Assembly (NCBI GenBank): GCA_964247915.1 | Contig: CAXTWM010000001.1 | Span: 1 to 44,546 of the forward strand | DNA from: an uncultured Armatimonadales bacterium | GTDB taxonomy: Bacteria > Armatimonadota > Armatimonadia > Armatimonadales > Capsulimonadaceae | Direction: 5' to 3' | DNA length: 44,546 bases | Shown here: piece by piece, positions 41,432 through 44,546 of the stretch | How the letters are laid out: each line of letters opens with the position of its first letter | How positions within the stretch are numbered: position 1 is the first letter of the stretch | Notes under the pieces: model-generated | Databases searched by the model: none | Seen by the model: only the letters and a program-made list of their open reading frames with translations | Told to the model about the DNA's origin: nothing | Translations under genes and position numbers: made by a program

Positions 41432-41537
41432 AACCAGCCCCCAGTTCTGCCGCGCCTCTACACTGAGCAACATCAGTAAAATAGACGTGCCACTCGCATT
41501 GAATTTTCCCATCCTTGACCTAGGAGCGACCCCCCCT

Positions 41538-42689
41538 TTGAGCCTCACGACTTCCCCCGCATCCGAAACGGCGTCCACAGCCAGACCGCTGACCGTCCGC
41601 GAACTGACCGGCGAGGCGGACCACGCCGCCTGGAATGCCTTCGTGGGCCGCGTCCCCGAAGGGGATGTGCTCCAATCCTGGGAGTGGGGGGGCGTTAAGA
41701 GCGCCGACTGGACCCCGATCCGTCTGGGTCTCTTCCGAGGGGAACGACTGATTGGCGGCGCGGCCCTGCTGCGTCGCAAACTGCCCCTCGTCGGCCCGTT
41801 CTTTTATGCCCCGCGCGGCCCGCTGCTGGAAGACTGGACCGACGAGGCCGCGCTGTCCGCCCTGCTGGGCGTCATCCGTGACCGCGCGGCGCGAGACGGG
41901 GCCGCGTTCCTCAAGATTGACCCCGCTGTGCCGGTCGAGCGCGCGGACGTGACGGCCTTGCTGACGCGGCACGGCTTCGCGCCGCCGCCCGACTTCGACG
42001 TGCAGGGATTCGGCGGAACGCAGCCGCGTTGCGTCATGCAGCTCGACCTGGCGGGCCGGACGGAGGCCGATCTGCTGGCTTCGTTCAAGCCGCAGGTGCG
42101 CCGCAACATCAAGCTGGGACTGGAAAAGCACGGGGTCGAGGTTTTGACGGACCTGACGCGCGACGACCTGACCGTTTTCAACGACTTGATGCAGGTGACG
42201 GGCGCGCGCAACGGGTTCCGCCCGCGCCCGCTGTCTTACTTCCAGACCTTGTGGGACAACCTGGTTCCCGCCGGCATGGCGAGGCTGTTTATGACTCGCT
42301 ACCAGGGCCAAATCTTGTCGGGCGCGCTGTGTTTTATCATTGGTGATAAGGCGTGGTACGTCTACGGCGAATCCTCCAACGAGTGCAGGAACGTCATGCC
42401 CAACTACGCGATGCAGTGGGCCATGATCCGCTGGGCCAGGGAGGCGGGCTGCGTCTGGTACGACTTCCGGGGCGTCAGCCCCCGCCGCCGTCAGGAGGGC
42501 GAATCCGCCGCCGAGGTCGAAAAGGAAGACCACTTGCAGGGCTTGAACCGCTTTAAAGAGGGCTTCGGGACGCGCTACGTCGAGTACATCGGCGAGTTTG
42601 ATCTGGTCTACAACAGGGCGGCCTACTGGATCTACACCACGGGCAAGCCGACCGCGCAGAAGCTGGCCCGCAGGCTCAAGGGCGGCTAG
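41538..42689 (+). CDS. FemAB-family peptidyl/aminoacyl transferase (lipid II peptide-bridge type)
   Basis: The WEWGGVK...GAALLRRKLP..FFYAPRGP...FKPQVRRNIK...YVYGESSNE...PNYAMQWAMIRWA pattern is typical of FemX/FemAB. No ATG lies downstream of parE. TTG at 41538 (after GGAG) or GTG at 41487 is the likely start. Confidence 0.7.
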   Translation: MSLTTSPASETASTARPLTVRELTGEADHAAWNAFVGRVPEGDVLQSWEWGGVKSADWTPIRLGLFRGERLIGGAALLRRKLPLVGPFFYAPRGPLLEDWTDEAALSALLGVIRDRAARDGAAFLKIDPAVPVERADVTALLTRHGFAPPPDFDVQGFGGTQPRCVMQLDLAGRTEADLLASFKPQVRRNIKLGLEKHGVEVLTDLTRDDLTVFNDLMQVTGARNGFRPRPLSYFQTLWDNLVPAGMARLFMTRYQGQILSGALCFIIGDKAWYVYGESSNECRNVMPNYAMQWAMIRWAREAGCVWYDFRGVSPRRRQEGESAAEVEKEDHLQGLNRFKEGFGTRYVEYIGEFDLVYNRAAYWIYTTGKPTAQKLARRLKGG

Positions 42690-42731
42690 ACGCGCCTGCA
42701 AAATTACCGGGGGTCTGCCGACAATGGGGGC

Positions 42732-44252
42732 ATGGATTCTTCGCGCCGCCCATTCCTCCTCGGCCTGCTGCTGGCCCTCGCCTGCGTCGCCGTCTTCGGC
42801 GAGATCGGGCGGCACGGCTTTGTGCGCTGGGACGATGAGATCAATGTCTACCGGAACCCGTATCTGAACCCGGTGACGCCGGCCCACCTGGCGCATTTCT
42901 GGACCGGGACCGGCATGGGCAAGGCGGCGGACACGGTGTACCGGCCCCTGGTCTACAGCGTCTATGCCCTGATCGCTCCGGGGGCGGCGACCGCGCCGTA
43001 CCTGACCGATGGGCAGGGGGCGGGGCTGGGCGCCCGGCCCTTTCATGCGGTCAGCCTGCTGGTGCATGTCCTGAACGTCCTGCTCGTCTTCGGGCTGCTG
43101 CGCCGGTTGGTGAAGAACGAGTGGGCGGCGTCGGCGGGGGCGGCCCTGTTCGCGCTCCACCCCCTGCAAGTGGAGGCCGTCGCCTGGGTGTCGGGGCTGA
43201 CCGACCTGCTGGGCGCGTTCTTCTCGCTGCTGGCTCTGTCTGCCTTTTTGCGCTTCCGCGAGGCGGGGCAAGGAATGGGGCAGTGGAAATGGTACGCCCT
43301 GGCGACGGTCTGGTTTGCGCTGGCCCTGCTGTCGAAGCCGTCTGCGGTCGTCCTGCCGCTGCTGGCGCTGATTTTAGATTGCTGGATCATGGGTCGCCCG
43401 TGGCCCGAGAGCGTCAGGCCTTTGATGGGCTGGCTGCCGCTCGTTCTGGTGAGCGTCCTCCTTGCCCACCACGCCGAGCCGGTCCTGATGTCCGGCGTGG
43501 TGACGCCCTGGTGGACGCGGCCTTTGATCGCCGGGGATGCTCTGGCCCTTTCGGCCCGGCATCTAGTATGGCCGATCGGATTGGGGATTGACTACGGCCG
43601 CAGCCCCGGCGTCGCCCTGGCGGACCGCGCCTGGCTGTGGTCGCTGATCGCTCTCGCGTTGGGCGTCTGCGTGTGGCACTTTCGCCGCCGCTATCCGTGG
43701 CTGACGGCGGGCGCATCATTCTTCGCCGCCGCCCTGCTGCCGACGCTGGGGCTGATCCCGTTCCGGTTCCAGACGTTCTCGACGGTCGCGGATCGGTACT
43801 CGTACCTGGCCCTGCTGGGGCCGTCGCTGGCCCTGGCCTGGGGCCTGACTCGTCTGCCCCACCGCCTGCCTACGCGGGCGCGGCTGGCCGTGGGGAACCT
43901 CTGTGCCGTCGTCCTGCTCCTGATGGGCCTGCTCAGCGCGGCTCAGGTGACCTACTGGCGCAGCAGCGTCGCCCTGTTCGGCCGTGCGCTGGCCGTCAAC
44001 CCGCGAAGCTGGATGGCCCACATCAATCTGGGTGGCATCCTCGCCGACAGCGGACGCCGGGACGAGGCGGTCGCCCAGTACAAACAGGCGATGCGTCTCA
44101 AGCCCGACGATGCGGCGCGCGACGCCTACACGGACGGGGTCGCCCTGGTCCGCCAGGGGCGGAAGTCCGAGGCCGCCGCCGCGTTCAGGCAGGCGCTGGA
44201 CTACCGGCCTGATTTCGCCCCGGCGCGGGAAGCGCTGCGGGCGCTCGACTAG
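42732..44252 (+). CDS. Polytopic membrane protein with C-terminal TPR repeats (GT-C/PMT_2/TMTC-like putative glycosyltransferase)
   Basis: The N-terminal motif FVRWDDEINVYRNPYL is followed by about 9-10 TM segments. The C-terminal TPR units include AHINLGGILADSGRRDEAVAQYKQAMRLKPDD and EAAAAFRQALDYRPDF. Confidence 0.65.
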   Translation: MDSSRRPFLLGLLLALACVAVFGEIGRHGFVRWDDEINVYRNPYLNPVTPAHLAHFWTGTGMGKAADTVYRPLVYSVYALIAPGAATAPYLTDGQGAGLGARPFHAVSLLVHVLNVLLVFGLLRRLVKNEWAASAGAALFALHPLQVEAVAWVSGLTDLLGAFFSLLALSAFLRFREAGQGMGQWKWYALATVWFALALLSKPSAVVLPLLALILDCWIMGRPWPESVRPLMGWLPLVLVSVLLAHHAEPVLMSGVVTPWWTRPLIAGDALALSARHLVWPIGLGIDYGRSPGVALADRAWLWSLIALALGVCVWHFRRRYPWLTAGASFFAAALLPTLGLIPFRFQTFSTVADRYSYLALLGPSLALAWGLTRLPHRLPTRARLAVGNLCAVVLLLMGLLSAAQVTYWRSSVALFGRALAVNPRSWMAHINLGGILADSGRRDEAVAQYKQAMRLKPDDAARDAYTDGVALVRQGRKSEAAAAFRQALDYRPDFAPAREALRALD

Positions 44253-44290
44253 GCGAGGGAACGCCCCTGTTTCTGAGAGGATGAACGTCT

Positions 44291-44546
44291 ATGCCTCGCC
44301 CCACTTTTGCCCTCGCCGGGCTGCTGTTCCTGTTCGCGTTTTCCGCACCCTCGGCCCACGCCGAGAAGAATCTGAAGCGCCCGCCGGGCACGACGCGCTA
44401 CGCGGTCATGCTTCAGCAGTTGCAGGCGCTCCGGGAGTACGACAAGGCCCACGCGCACCGGATGACGCTTTCCAGCCTGGGCCGCTCCGTCAAAGGCCGT
44501 AACCTATGGATGGTGACGCTCTCGGCCCCCCCCGCCCCTATTACCG
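44291..44546 (+). CDS. 5' part of a secreted protein, possibly an M14 zinc carboxypeptidase (partial, runs off window)
   Basis: The frame is open from the ATG at 44291 to the window end, so it is absent from the track (no stop). It has a signal peptide MPRPTFALAGLLFLFAFSAPSAHA. The following ...LSSLGRSVKGRNLWMVTLS resembles the start of M14 domains. Confidence 0.4.
   Translation, partial: MPRPTFALAGLLFLFAFSAPSAHAEKNLKRPPGTTRYAVMLQQLQALREYDKAHAHRMTLSSLGRSVKGRNLWMVTLSAPPAPIT

Noticed and set aside
1-44546. Search for tRNA, rRNA, tmRNA, integrase, transposase or IS terminal inverted repeats.
   Set aside because: No intergenic region contains a cloverleaf-compatible sequence (for example a GGTTCGAATCC-like T-arm) or rRNA-like stretches. 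No ORF shows tyrosine/serine recombinase or DDE transposase motifs.

Overview
This is a high-GC bacterial chromosomal segment (roughly two-thirds G+C by eye) interrupted by several visibly AT-richer patches. I saw no rRNA, tRNA, CRISPR array, integrase or transposase.

Content from left to right:
1. A ~4 kb low-GC block (109-4160) carries a NitT/TauT-type ABC importer. An unknown 4-TM protein sits inside the operon, and the block abuts a 5'-truncated SGNH-hydrolase remnant.
2. A cupin / Gfo-Idh-MocA / DapA-family operon contains one low-GC orphan gene.
3. A rhamnogalacturonan-I utilisation locus runs LacI regulator, tandem CE12 acetylesterase, GH106-like rhamnosidase and PL4 lyase, all with overlapping stop/start codons. 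A structured spacer and a GH2 gene follow.
4. Next come PPK2, a 773-aa orphan secreted protein, a GtaA-like putative glycosidase, a GAF-5xPAS-HD-GYP sensor and an acyl-CoA dehydrogenase.
5. A kdsB-waaA (Kdo/LPS core) operon has three unknown ORFs coupled to it.
6. sbcD is present without sbcC.
7. leuC and leuD are separated by three nuclease-type genes.
8. The right end holds a LysR regulator, parDE, a FemAB-family transferase, a TPR/GT-C-like membrane protein and a partial M14-like peptidase.

My top candidate for an undescribed system is in item 7. A RusA-like protein and a PD-(D/E)xK-like + HEPN-like fusion lie on a ~1.15 kb low-GC cassette. The cassette is bounded by a direct repeat that duplicates the 3' end of leuC.

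Start codons were re-derived from the sequence, because several track starts are TTG/GTG or clearly too long. Taxon cannot be assigned from the window alone.
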